35,025 bases of DNA. Source: Candidatus Hadarchaeales archaeon. GTDB taxonomy: Archaea; Hadarchaeota; Hadarchaeia; Hadarchaeales; WYZ-LMO6. The notes under the pieces are model-generated. The model saw only the letters and a program-made list of their open reading frames with translations, did no database searches and was not told where the DNA came from. The stretch lies in NCBI GenBank assembly GCA_038851755.1, contig JAWCKR010000015.1, forward strand, positions 1 through 35,025. Direction: 5' to 3'. Shown here piece after piece: positions 19,301 to 24,278 of this stretch. The position numbers and the translations under genes are program-made. Position 1 is the stretch's first letter; every line of letters starts with the position of its first letter.

Positions 19301-21083
19301 TTCCGGCGGTAGCAGGCGAGACCACCGACATCAGCCTCGAGTCGGCCGTTCCGGCCCAAGTCACGCTGATGCCCGGACCGTACCGTATACTCATCGCCGT
19401 GTCGGGTGCTCTGGAATCCTTCTTGGGAACGCTCGAGGCCTGGATGACCGTGCCCCCGCCGGTAACGTTTGTGATTCTCCTCAGGGTAAAATTCACCCTG
19501 CTGGCGGCTCCCCCGGCATTGACCATTATCACGATCCTCCCGATCACCGCGGTTCTGCCGGAGCCAACGGGGTTGAAGAAGGAGGCGAACACATCATTCG
19601 CCGTGGCGGTTCCTGACACCGGACCGATAGTGAGCAGGTAGGAGTTCTCTACCCCAGGTGTTCCGCTATCGCTCTCGTAGAGGTTTTCATAGACGCCATC
19701 ATCGCTCTGGGCCCCTGAAAGCCCGCTCGTCCCACCCTCGTAAACTGTCTCTCCCTTCACGTAGACGATAGCGTAGACGGAGAAGCCCGAACTCCTGGCC
19801 CTGAAATGTAATGAGGCTCCATCCTCACCTTCCTTCCAGGTGGGAAGCTCCTCCCATTCCCTCTCGCCGTAGTGCCAGAGCGCCAGCCTGCCAGACCCTC
19901 TTCCCTCCAGCCAGCTCTTCGGGACGGAGAACCCTATCCCAGCCTCTTCAAGGAGTTCTCTCTGCAGGGAAGTGGAGAGATCGAGGTACGAGTAGACTTG
20001 AACCTCCCCCACGTAGACCGCCTCTTCTCCCGAGCCCACACGGTTGGCGGGAGGCACACCCTGCGGGGGGGAATCGAGGGCTTCCGCCGTTACCTCGAAA
20101 TCCCTCGCCTGTCCCCTCATCAAGAGCTCGATATACCTGACGGGGAGGTTTTCGAACCTCGCCAGCGCTCTTCTGTTCGCCCGGCCGAAGTTGGCCCTGG
20201 CCTTCCCGGAGACCCAACGGGCCCACCTCTCCCAGTTCTCCGTCCCAGCCTCCCATTCCTCCAGGGTAACCCAGCCCGAAGAGAGGTTCTCCCGTTGGAA
20301 ATCCTCCCCCACGTTCCAAGAGTCTAGAGGGTAGAAGGACCCGCCTGCCTGGTGGAGATCCTCCCCCACACTCCAAGAGTCAAGAAGAGAGAAAGACTCG
20401 CCCACCCCTCCACCGTCCTCTCCTAACTCCTCCCATCCCTGGGGAGGCTTGGCCCTGAGCCCGATTCCCCAAGCCTTCGGACCGGTCTCCCCGCTCAGCC
20501 CTGGGTCCTCGCTCCCCAACAGGACCCTGACCTGGAGGTACCGGAAGGGAGGGAGAAAGGAGAGGTCGGCGGGAGGTGAGGTGAAGAGGGTGCCGGGGGT
20601 ACCGTCGGGACCCATCCACTCGCTCCAGCTCTCCCCGTCGGTGCTCACCCTCACCTGCAGGTCCACCCAGGAGCGAAGGACCTGTGGCTCCAAGCCCGCA
20701 GCACCCTCCCCTGACGGTTGGTGACCTCCCGTATCCTCCCCAAGCAGGTTTTCTGGAGTTCCCTCCAGCTCCGGCTCCACCCACCCTTCACCCGTCTGAA
20801 CTACCAGGGAAGGCTCTTCCCTCTCCCACCACAGCTCCCATTCACCCTCCCCGAGTTCGATGATCTCGGAGACGAAGGAACCCCGCGTGTAACCCGGAAG
20901 GAGCCTGATGACCCCTCCCGCGTTCTCCGTGTTCTCGAACAGCGGGTAGGGGGAGGTCTCCTCCTGAGCCCTCACGGGAACGAAAGGCACCTGCGAGGAG
21001 AGGAGGAGGAGAGAAAGGAGGAGGGAAAAGGCCCTCCGGAGCCCGAGGGAGAGGCGGGTGAGGCGAGAGGGACCTTTCTCCAT
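4344..21083 (-). CDS. Giant 5579-aa membrane-anchored surface protein with Trp-rich 16-aa repeats, Ig/FN3-like domains and two PGF-pre-PGF-like domains
   Basis: Uninterrupted ORF with SD GGAGGAGTGAGAGG-ATG and an N-terminal signal peptide. PGF-pre-PGF-like domain at ~19765-20200 (FSVPKSW...GFSVYAI); five ~170-aa repeats; many P.L.SP.N...YYWRV.A modules; poly-Pro at ~6253-6297; second PGF-pre-PGF-like domain at ~4910-5320; TM helix at ~4795-4865; basic Pro-rich cytoplasmic tail. Confidence 0.95.
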   Translation of the reverse strand: MEKGPSRLTRLSLGLRRAFSLLLSLLLLSSQVPFVPVRAQEETSPYPLFENTENAGGVIRLLPGYTRGSFVSEIIELGEGEWELWWEREEPSLVVQTGEGWVEPELEGTPENLLGEDTGGHQPSGEGAAGLEPQVLRSWVDLQVRVSTDGESWSEWMGPDGTPGTLFTSPPADLSFLPPFRYLQVRVLLGSEDPGLSGETGPKAWGIGLRAKPPQGWEELGEDGGGVGESFSLLDSWSVGEDLHQAGGSFYPLDSWNVGEDFQRENLSSGWVTLEEWEAGTENWERWARWVSGKARANFGRANRRALARFENLPVRYIELLMRGQARDFEVTAEALDSPPQGVPPANRVGSGEEAVYVGEVQVYSYLDLSTSLQRELLEEAGIGFSVPKSWLEGRGSGRLALWHYGEREWEELPTWKEGEDGASLHFRARSSGFSVYAIVYVKGETVYEGGTSGLSGAQSDDGVYENLYESDSGTPGVENSYLLTIGPVSGTATANDVFASFFNPVGSGRTAVIGRIVIMVNAGGAASRVNFTLRRITNVTGGGTVIQASSVPKKDSRAPDTAMSIRYGPGISVTWAGTADSRLMSVVSPATAGTHQGHQEVVFQQENLVLREGEGIALYQETAGNTNHRIYLLVEWKEVPTAPTPMGGYILTFPRRSGTNWAAGYVHYSFYNPSTSGRTAIIRRVRISIDCDGGAVYTSNFALRRFTGAPTAGTQIAAANVPKKHTGSADTAMDLRHALGTAPGFTWSGTADSRLMLVISPGAADQQYAKKELIFEPNEPIILQPGEGVALYNEAASDSNHLIFMTVEWDEKTFTPSSQGEYLLAFPRVELGTAPGANYVYYSFYNPSGSGRTAVVKRIGVRIIADAAALYIPFTVRRFTGAPSAGTAIAAANVPKKHTGSPDTAMDLRYNLGVTPGFTWSGTADSRLLSVVTPGAAGQYVNREIVFGGDDEKLILQPGEGIAFYSEAAGDIDHHFSAYIEWAEVSTAPSPKGEYLLSIGPINGSTTMPYTYASILNPAGSGKYAIVKRIEARVSAAAAATYIPMSVRRITAASGGTQIAAANVPKKHTGSTDTAMDIRHTGPTVTFAGATESRILGITSEGAVGQQHGWQSLVFVPNEPLVLKPGEGIALYQESGTGNTGHRVILLVEWAETTTAPSAERDYVLSIGPVTGTATAGDNFASFFNPADSNNVAVIKKMMVMVVATTTATYVPITVRRISSATGATSIPPDNVPRKHTDAPAPALVARYGNATVIPVGEATSRLVSVTSPGAAGAALTPQITGVRLLTFEITGPLLLLPGEGIVLYQEGAGSTAHVHRLFAEWREIPKAYRVDVRHDITDIPSGTGHILEIKYYTAGDSEPISLYLYNFSTGQWDNLGNLQVGGSAGSPLFFSYNLTGTSYLSGGNVYARYIQRDNDSIQTSLMVDFCRVVVYGPGRPQLASPKNNENLNDNTPAFAWTASDNHTGYRLVISPYSNFSENVYDNSNIPPALTSLEIENQLPDNVYYWKVAATGAGYENWSDNVWKFTVDTHPPTAPPLVSPENNTYLDLSEAQVELKWNPSTDALTGVDNYRIYVDEGLVEVDNTVTSYSHTFSLGEHTWRVGAVDYAGNENSSPSRVLRICTWRVLDSWTENLSIPPSDWFWLESWLGGVSSPVAGWSFLDSWSCVLPTKISWAELETWTEVLEGGASWRSLETWTGAGVVQVGWQTMEVWSETLRAPGNWWTVDEWMGAMSVSVSWWTLEVWESALHFQASWRSIEEWAVRVEGRGSWASLEQWTEVLGTTAAWQMQESWASTVGAPSSWLPVEEWTGKVSAPAHWRALENWSVELLAQAGWRALESWSGVVWTAISWQTLDAWTTELQTQASWQPVDAWSVVAEGGVSWQPLEVWTWTVEGRVAWQPLDAWMQGILTGAFWQVLDTWAGSLQIAVAWYMVEGWVDSVGSPVSWQHLEAWTSTVQSLGAWRSLETFTGEILTFVSWRELDSCAGGVGTTASWQILEGWVENIQPTTLWVMVESWTIVVRAAGSWQIVEGWGEAVQTVAVWLFLESWTESIQTQLLPGSPKLYRPENNSIFPAYEDVTFEWENGANAENHRIEVDNDEDWTNGCVDNVWVVGENSWVKSGGYAPGTYRWRVWAVNAAGENVSENVWYFTVVCVWRVLESWMGELQTTAVWSAVDTWTGEALTTAGWRAVESWDGSAWTAGAWEELDTCTGGAGTVALWRTVESWTVSARAQASWQPTDSWMCAVSTQASWQKLEAWTVEVSPPVAWTRLDSWMGAVQTQAEWMALESWTCVVLARASWWILEDWADTLQTPASWRLIETWAGSVQAQAGWQYLDTWMGMLETQALWLFLDSLAGEIGGPAQWLALDVFTVEVTVSIQWSRVDSWTWTVRVQAEWCPLDSWTEQIVATAWWWVVETFTTLLGTSASWREIDSYWATVQVLVLWREVEAWTETAQAQVLWRVQEVWWAILPAPSSWHPLEDRWASLSSTAEWRVVEGWEENLGCMPSSPAPLLPENNAFTTPTPTFQWDNTSPLENFRLEVDNDSDFSSPLDNLLFPAATRSWTKPSPGYAPATYYWRVWALNAFGENCSVVRTFTVVTGPPGAPSLLSPADGENVPLEVTFTWIRGSTADNHRIEIDNDPDFSSPVENVWRSPPDDNWYSTVFQDYGTYYWRVWAVNAAGENVSETRTVNVVAVWRELEGWGAGAFTLPSGWITLDSWMSGVQASAWWRELEQWTEGVGMVAGWFALEEFSGEMGTLVEWRWLDSRMAGGTSTPVWQEVDLWASSAGAAAEWRVVEAWASLAGSPAVWSALEGWSVGLSSVAEWRGVEGWACSLASQVEWRILDSASVSVLVPVGWWSLEEWSGEARTSAGWQALDGWAEGVRATARWESLESFAAVVGGPASWSPAEVWVCTLQSPAGWSAADSWSGTVEAQALWRATEGWSTTLEAVAGWEPMEAWVTELRTSVLWSALEGWEEGVSTLAGWSALEGWWWTDQSPASWVALETWMCVFPAPASWVALETWEGSAHSPAGWWVLDTLTVALQALGSWQPLDTLAGALETVAFWSMMESWSLLAGARAGWREVEGWAGEVQSSATWSLLEGWSVVSQAPAGWGGIETWEGYVVTLASWSQVEGWMARSQAPALWSVQESWTVTTVAPSLWEEVEKWTLVAEARASWCWMEGWTGGAWASAGWRELDSCTGGVLAAASWWTVEAWVVTLQTYASWWCVETWVGTASARALWRAAETWTVMLTASALWRPLETWSLSLSSPARWELLEGWMGTGSAVVLWTQLEAWASVLSAPLLAPTLLSPPSGTNTNDTTPTLSWENQAPADNFELQVDNEPTFSEPVIYWKTGLTVTSHELENQLQDNLYYWRVRLFRGGENSPWSEVWTFRVDTVRPSAPTLLSPANGENLNDNTPTFRWYSVPENSLPVGYWIQIDDEPTLSEPYLFSFGWVLDNVFELPLENALQDGVYYWRVKARDNAGNLSLTWSQIWSFRVDTVRPSAPVPLSPVGGAWTSITPTLTWQAVEENSKPVLYRVWVCESSTFDPELYNVYDSGWVQENWWTTPELLEALNLEGKNFYWRVCARDNAGNLGENCSTQNFRVDNVSPSAVQLLFPENDSYVQAGLVTLKWSSATDGGSGVAGYQVKVYAGDSPVYENSVTENQVTVVLEPGTYRWRVWALDGVGNTGPWSENYFNVAGWESLDSWSSSAGTVQAWVGVEGWVATAAAAVGWSVLEGWADEAWARVGWSPLEGWSGAAGAAAVWSVVEAWMCTAGAPAGWSAAEFWTLEIATSAQWSAVEGWAGAAGASVSWREVEGWTGTMVTTVEWRTIETWMETVGTEAHWFEAEAWAAGLGMQVVWRTADSWTGAIGAVATWQPIEGWTGELFTPVSWQSLEGWTSSLETWVSWQQQEFWSCTASTTVCWFGTESWSVTAGTVAFWLSLDFMTGGARAQAGWQELESRMSTVSASAEWRPVEAWAEAMLTPAGWSPLEGWTGAFGTAVAWCSVEAWTGSLGVITSWRELDSCTAAAQTLIAWQPVEGWAGVVSTPISWYGLESWTGTLSTLVGWRAVEAWEGTVRTMAGWQPVEVWQCQVQVPSAWRLLDSLMGTALPLVSWQSLDSSSVTVSSPVSWQQLDSWTGVFLGPASWRPVEDWSCSVQAPSSWQQVESWTGAVSTPVQWSWLDSWAGKVQAGVSWWEMEGWTGSLQTRAGWEEVEGWEGGILTPASWSTTDSWTVTCLAPALWREVEGWVEVLRAAAGWSGAESWTCLVGAGASWRELEGWQVSLGMVEGWREVEEWTGWATAPACWFLLDSRQGRVITLGAPVLLSPENDAWLNDNTPTLDWSDVEGTEVYRLWVDGDENFGSPLEFLLPMSQYTFGTELENGIYYWKVRAEAGGESSPWSEVWQFTVGYDVTPPTEPIPVSPENEVLLEEPDGRPTFRWLTSQDEESDRVTYRLEVHRDPSFSSPVYVKGGIEENWHETENVLPQDNYWWRVVARDWAGNENVSRAFLLRLLVPPVSQLQSLPQYWYRTSPITLSATASDADGHVENVELWFRWSPDNSSWGSWILYDYLTSPPYTFYFEPPSGPGHYQFYSRAWDNSGNHESPPSVPDTSCGYDPVPPPAPSLLEPENGSTVSRVGLTFRWTSVGDLSGVTYELTVDNENTFSPPFSYHKAGIGENYHTCENLLPAGTYYWRVKVVDGAGNENVSGVFTVTLREAWFSLESWQTAVEAPMLWYRLDSWTGGTATVAGWEGLEGWLGGTWTVAGWVVSDSWWSSLPVPFAWSALEEWSGALAGVAGWESLEGWTEGTVTPPGWRVLESWQETVSARGLWTAAEAWQNWIWAEASWSAVEGWLGSAGSEAARWRLVEGWSSSLFTQAGWRKAEGWTVQAGFPAGWRGLEEFQIWVRAGAGWFTLEGRQGRVETPQPPPPPPPPPPPPPPPRDFSLSVSPSLGEVTEGGSLTVQVRVEPSGGYALPVTLEAENLPATVLAEFSVREGVPPFTSSLNLSVGRGTPEGSYSFAVVGEDAEGRRHAASFLLRVKALLLFPPSSSVQELRPYWRISLPFVVSATAWDNDGYVVSLTLWYRHSADNSRWGEWREFAAAERESWSWSFTAPEGEGFYEFCTVARDNDNLTEPAPLRAKASCGVDLTPPPVPVLLSPGEGEMVGTTQPRLYWSPVSDLSGITYEVMVDNDPDFGSPATARELGASSLQLEGLEEGRYFWRVRAVNGAGLPSSFAVGSFLTLTPSLREVVENVPSGGEAEFVFHPPSWFVRKVGIVFREQQRVVSLGLLEVKGEEVRGALWPSLERVYGGALLGLSTSSRTVEGARVELQVSEDWMREKGVKEGGLRLLAFDGEGWREAPLKLEGREEGALVFSTELTFYPRALALYGRKAPGLPPPFSWPPLLLLLLAGSLMAVGAAGYFVYLWRFRPILPKVPLASLVRPKVKLPEKVVPAVPLRKLEPARPAFEELPKAEPLTVKPIRPSPIPAPEEALQSLLRAGRAPPGAPPPAEVLARLARVAKPVEPHVRPEELAAKMKARPLPERREGTETARAPEARETLEKLKKLMGRKDEGSE
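6305..16217 (-). repeat. Five tracts of 48-nt/16-aa coding repeats W-x2-[LV]-[ED]-[SGTA]-W-x9
   Basis: Counted by eye: ~14920-16217 (27 units), ~13570-14621 (22), ~11180-13001 (38). Estimated from length: ~8120-9981 (~39), ~6305-6920 (~13). Tracts are separated by Ig-like modules. Confidence 0.92.
17110..19641 (-). repeat. Five tandem ~170-aa domains in the giant protein
   Basis: Each reads Y[LIV]L..P...S[FI].NP..S...A[VI]...RR...[NS]VP[KR]K...SRL...L..GEG..[LF]Y.E...W.E. Near-identical DNA blocks at ~17851, ~18361 and ~18880. Confidence 0.9.
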
Positions 21084-21087
21084 CCTC

Positions 21088-21402
21088 TCACTCCTCCCGG
21101 CGGTCCCTCAGGTGGGGGAAGGCCAGCAGGAAGAGAAGCAGGGCCAGTCCTCCTTCCCATCCGCTCACGAGGGAGAACTCGGGGGGGGAAGAGCCGGAGA
21201 AACGGCAGCTCTTGGCCGGTCTTCCCCTTTTTCCCTCCCTCTTCTCCTTCACCTCCACCCATCCGAGGGCCAGGAGACGCTTCACCAACCTGGAGACCTT
21301 CCAGGAGGGAAGTCCCAGCTCCGAAGAGAGCTCAGAGAGGGATACCCAGCCCTCTTCCTGCTCCTTCTCCCCAACCCCGCCTCTTTCTCCCAAGGTGCGC
21401 AC
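21088..21402 (-). CDS. Small winged-HTH protein with a C-terminal hydrophobic segment
   Basis: VSLSELSSELGLPSWKVSRLVKRLLALGWVEVKE...GRPAK wHTH, then GGLALLLFLLAF. Stop lies 4 nt before the giant gene's ATG. Start uncertain. Confidence 0.7.
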   Translation of the reverse strand: MRTLGERGGVGEKEQEEGWVSLSELSSELGLPSWKVSRLVKRLLALGWVEVKEKREGKRGRPAKSCRFSGSSPPEFSLVSGWEGGLALLLFLLAFPHLRDRREE

Positions 21403-21468
21403 CTTTCGGGATTTTTCTGCACCCCTTTCCCCGAGAAGTCGCTAAAAGTGGGAAGAAGGGGGCTACCT

Positions 21469-21645
21469 TTTCGCCCTTTTGCGAAAGATTGAAGAAGATG
21501 AACCTTTTAACCCCGGACTTAAGCCTTTTCGCTTTTCTGCGAAACCTTTTTTACGAAGGGGTCCCAGCGGGGCGGGAAACTCCCTAATTTTTCCCACCTT
21601 ACGCCCTTTTGCGAAACCCTCCCCCCTTTTCGCCTTTCACCGAAA
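21469..21645. promoter_or_regulatory. Four 18-bp palindromic operators TTTCGC-N6-GCGAAA
   Basis: 21469-21486 and 21527-21544 are perfect; 21599-21616 (TTACGC) and 21628-21645 (CCGAAA) each have one mismatch. They sit between divergent wHTH genes. Confidence 0.88.
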
Positions 21646-21677
21646 CCCTTTTCCCCTTCCCCCCCCTTCCCCTGAGG

Positions 21678-22325
21678 ATGAAGAAGGTGGAGTGGGTCCT
21701 CAGGGAAATCCTCTACAGGGTCTACGAGGAGAGCGAGTTCTTCATGAGCCAGAAGAGCCTGGCCGAGACCTGTGGGGTCTCGCTGGACACGGTGAACAAG
21801 GTGGTGAGGAGGCTGGAGGCCTTCAGGAGCCTGGAGAAGAAACCGTTCGGGTTCAGAGTGATAGAACCCAAGAAGATCCTCCTCTACTGGGCCTCGACCA
21901 GGGACCTGAGAGGGGAAATCCTTTACTCCACCTACTCCCCCCACTCCCCCGCAGAAATAGAGGAGGCCCTGCCAGAAAACGCCCTCCTCACGGCCTTCTC
22001 GGGGTGCAGGAGGAGGTTCGGATGCACCGAGGACTACGAGGAGGTCTACGTGTACTGCCCGCCCGAGCCCGTCAGAAAGAAGTTCGGGGAGAGGACCCAT
22101 CTTCCCCCCAACCTCTTCGTGCTCCAGGGAGACCCGCACCTCTACAAGAGGAGCAGGGAAGGTGTCCCCTCCTCGGCCCAGATCTACGTGGACCTCTGGC
22201 AAATCGGGGGGAACCCCGCCAACCGGCATCTGATGAAGCTGGAGAGGAAGATGGAACTCAGACCGGTGGAGGTCCTGAAGGAGCTGGCGAGGACGGCCAA
22301 GGGAGAGGATTGGAAAGAACAGTGA
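21678..22325 (+). CDS. wHTH regulator with AbiEi-antitoxin-like C-terminal domain
   Basis: MKKVEWVLREIL...SQKSLAETCGVSLDTVNKVVRRL (HTH)...KILLYWAS...LTAFSG...AQIYVDLW. ATG 21678 preferred over the track's upstream start. Family call is from memory. Confidence 0.75.
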   Translation: MKKVEWVLREILYRVYEESEFFMSQKSLAETCGVSLDTVNKVVRRLEAFRSLEKKPFGFRVIEPKKILLYWASTRDLRGEILYSTYSPHSPAEIEEALPENALLTAFSGCRRRFGCTEDYEEVYVYCPPEPVRKKFGERTHLPPNLFVLQGDPHLYKRSREGVPSSAQIYVDLWQIGGNPANRHLMKLERKMELRPVEVLKELARTAKGEDWKEQ

Positions 22326-22373
22326 GCCAAGGGAGTCTCTTCTCCGAAGCGGGCCCGAGAAAATGGGCGAAAA

Positions 22374-22457
22374 TCCAACGGTGGCGCGGGTGATCGGAGA
22401 AGCAGGAAGGGGTGCTGGGCTCTCGCAACCCTCCCTGCTCCCGATCAGCGCCTTGGA
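22374..22457. other. Long imperfect GC-rich hairpin between convergent genes
   Basis: Nested pairings TCCAA/TTGGA, GGCGC/GCGCC, TGATCGG/CCGATCA, AGCAGG/CCTGCT, AGGGGTGC/GCAACCCT. Confidence 0.65.
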
Positions 22458-22502
22458 AAGGTGGGGGCAAAAGGGAAAGCCGAGGGAAGGGACCCTCACA
22501 GC

Positions 22503-23336
22503 TCAGGAGGAGATGACCACCCGGTAGCTGAAGGTGGAGGGCTTGTGCCTTATCCTTATGAAGTCTCCCACCCCCAAGCTGCCGGCTCGCACCTGGGCGC
22601 TGACATCCAGCGTCAGGGAGCGACCCGGAACCAGGGGCTCGGTCCCAGGAACATATGAGGTTACCGGACCGTTCCCGTTCTCGGCCCTCCACTCCCAATC
22701 CTCCGTCTGGATGTTCTCCCCCGACTGAACGGTGAGGAGCACCTTCTGGTCAGAGGTGAGGCGGGCGGTGAAGGACATCTCTGGGAAGTAGACCCCCCTG
22801 ACAGTAGCGGTCATGCTCATTCCCCCTCCCGGCCTGGGGGTGGTGAAAGATTTTATCTCTCCCGTGAGTTCCTTCCCGTCGTACCTGAGGAGGGCTTGGA
22901 ACTCATACGTCCTGCCGGGGGAAAGGGTGGTGAGGCGGTAAAAGCAGCTTGGTCCGGTGAAACCCTGGTACCAGGGAACGTAGTTCCAGATCCCTCCCGC
23001 TTCCCTCCACCTGAAGCACACGTCCACCCGCTGGTAATCCCCATAGGTGAGGGTGGCTGTCAGGAGGGCCGAAGTTCCAGTCACCTCGGCCGCTGTCCCC
23101 GTCTGGATGGAGGGCGGGGAGAGGTTCTCTCCCTCCCTCTCCCCTCCGCGAGAGTAAGCCCAGTAGGCACCCCCCAAGAGAGCCAAAACAAGGAGAATCA
23201 GTACCGCCCATTTGGCATCCTTCGCAGGGGGAGTCTGGGCGGTTGGCGGAACTGAAGCCACTACCTCTTTTCCTTTCCCTCTCTTAAAAATCTTCTCAAG
23301 GCTGGGGGCCTGAACCTCCAGCACTGCCAAGTTCAT
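22503..23336 (-). CDS. Single-pass membrane protein with a fibronectin type III-like domain
   Basis: TM WAVLILLVLALLGGAYWAY, then T..A.EVTGTSALLTA...LTTLSPGRTYEFQA...GEIKSFTT (FN3-like) and a further beta domain. Start is ATG 23336 or ~23384, not 23513. Confidence 0.8.
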   Translation of the reverse strand: MNLAVLEVQAPSLEKIFKRGKGKEVVASVPPTAQTPPAKDAKWAVLILLVLALLGGAYWAYSRGGEREGENLSPPSIQTGTAAEVTGTSALLTATLTYGDYQRVDVCFRWREAGGIWNYVPWYQGFTGPSCFYRLTTLSPGRTYEFQALLRYDGKELTGEIKSFTTPRPGGGMSMTATVRGVYFPEMSFTARLTSDQKVLLTVQSGENIQTEDWEWRAENGNGPVTSYVPGTEPLVPGRSLTLDVSAQVRAGSLGVGDFIRIRHKPSTFSYRVVISS

Positions 23337-23442
23337 GATTCCTGGCCATAATTCCTTGTCTAATTTTTGAAATTTCTTCATCATAATAATAGTAGTAGAG
23401 AAAGGGATACGCTTATAAGGGGTGGCGGAGGAGTTTGAAGTG

Positions 23443-24231
23443 ATGAGGTGCCCCCGCTGTGGGTATGAGTGGAAACCCAAGGTCCCCAACCCCAAGGAGT
23501 GCCCGAGGTGCAAGGTGAGGCTGGATTACCAGCCCTCCACTCTTCCGCAGGGGGCGCCCCAAAAAATAAAGGAGGTGAGGGAAGGAATGACGAGGAAATT
23601 ACCCTGGGTGGCGGCTGCGGTGGTCATAGTAGTAGCAGTAGGACTGGGAAGCTGGCTCTGGCTTCAGCCTGCGGCGGTGACAACTGGATGGAACGCCACG
23701 GTGAGCGTTAGCGGGCCCCTCAGCGGGCCGATAGCGGTGGGTCTCTTGCAGGGATCTTATGGCGACTTTGGCATAGAAAACATCTTCATCATGGTTCACG
23801 CCAACAAAAGCCAATGGAACGGCAAAGCCCCTGAGGAGTGGGGCACGACATATGGTTCAGACAGCGATAACTACTACGCGGTAATCAGTGAGAACGGTGC
23901 CACCGTGAACATACCCTACGAAAGGAGATTCGATATCCTGGTGGTTTACAAAATCAGGGGAGATAACGTAGCTTATATGAGGTTCGAGAACACCTACGAG
24001 TACATCAACATTACGGGAAACTTCTCTAAGACGGAAAACAGGCTAGCAGGCAGTGACTGGGAATCCTCTTGTCCCTGGCACACCGAAAACGTTACATACG
24101 GAGCAGTAGGAAAAGATTATCCAAGTTCGTGGATGAGGATTTACAACTTCATCGACAATGGTGGCAACGGCTTCTTCTTGCCAGCTGGCGGTTCCATCAA
24201 CATCAACCTGACCATCTACACCTGGAAGTAA
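23443..24231 (+). CDS. Exported/membrane protein, subunit A, with N-terminal Zn ribbon and possible internal start at 23588
   Basis: CPRC..W.P...PKECPRC, then MTRKLPWVAAAVVIVVAVGLG signal/TM and a beta-rich ectodomain with several NxS/T sequons. TTATAAG at 23413 lies 30 nt before ATG 23443. Confidence 0.85.
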   Translation: MRCPRCGYEWKPKVPNPKECPRCKVRLDYQPSTLPQGAPQKIKEVREGMTRKLPWVAAAVVIVVAVGLGSWLWLQPAAVTTGWNATVSVSGPLSGPIAVGLLQGSYGDFGIENIFIMVHANKSQWNGKAPEEWGTTYGSDSDNYYAVISENGATVNIPYERRFDILVVYKIRGDNVAYMRFENTYEYINITGNFSKTENRLAGSDWESSCPWHTENVTYGAVGKDYPSSWMRIYNFIDNGGNGFFLPAGGSININLTIYTWK

Positions 24232-24248
24232 GCCCGACCACCGCAACC

Positions 24249-24277
24249 TTTTTCTTTTTTCCTTCTTTTTTTCCTTC
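24249..24277 (+). terminator. Oligo-T archaeal terminator
   Basis: TTTTTCTTTTTTCCTTCTTTTTTTCC ~17 nt after TAA 24231. Confidence 0.65.
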
Positions 24278-24278
24278 T

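Noticed and set aside
4468-21587. Dozens of long overlapping ORFs on the + strand and alternate minus frames
   Set aside because: Shadows of the GC-rich giant gene; low-complexity P/R/G/S translations without motifs.
22323-22457. TGA plus downstream hairpin as selenocysteine recoding
   Set aside because: The hairpin lacks the archaeal SECIS GAA/A motif, and the read-through sequence does not look protein-like.
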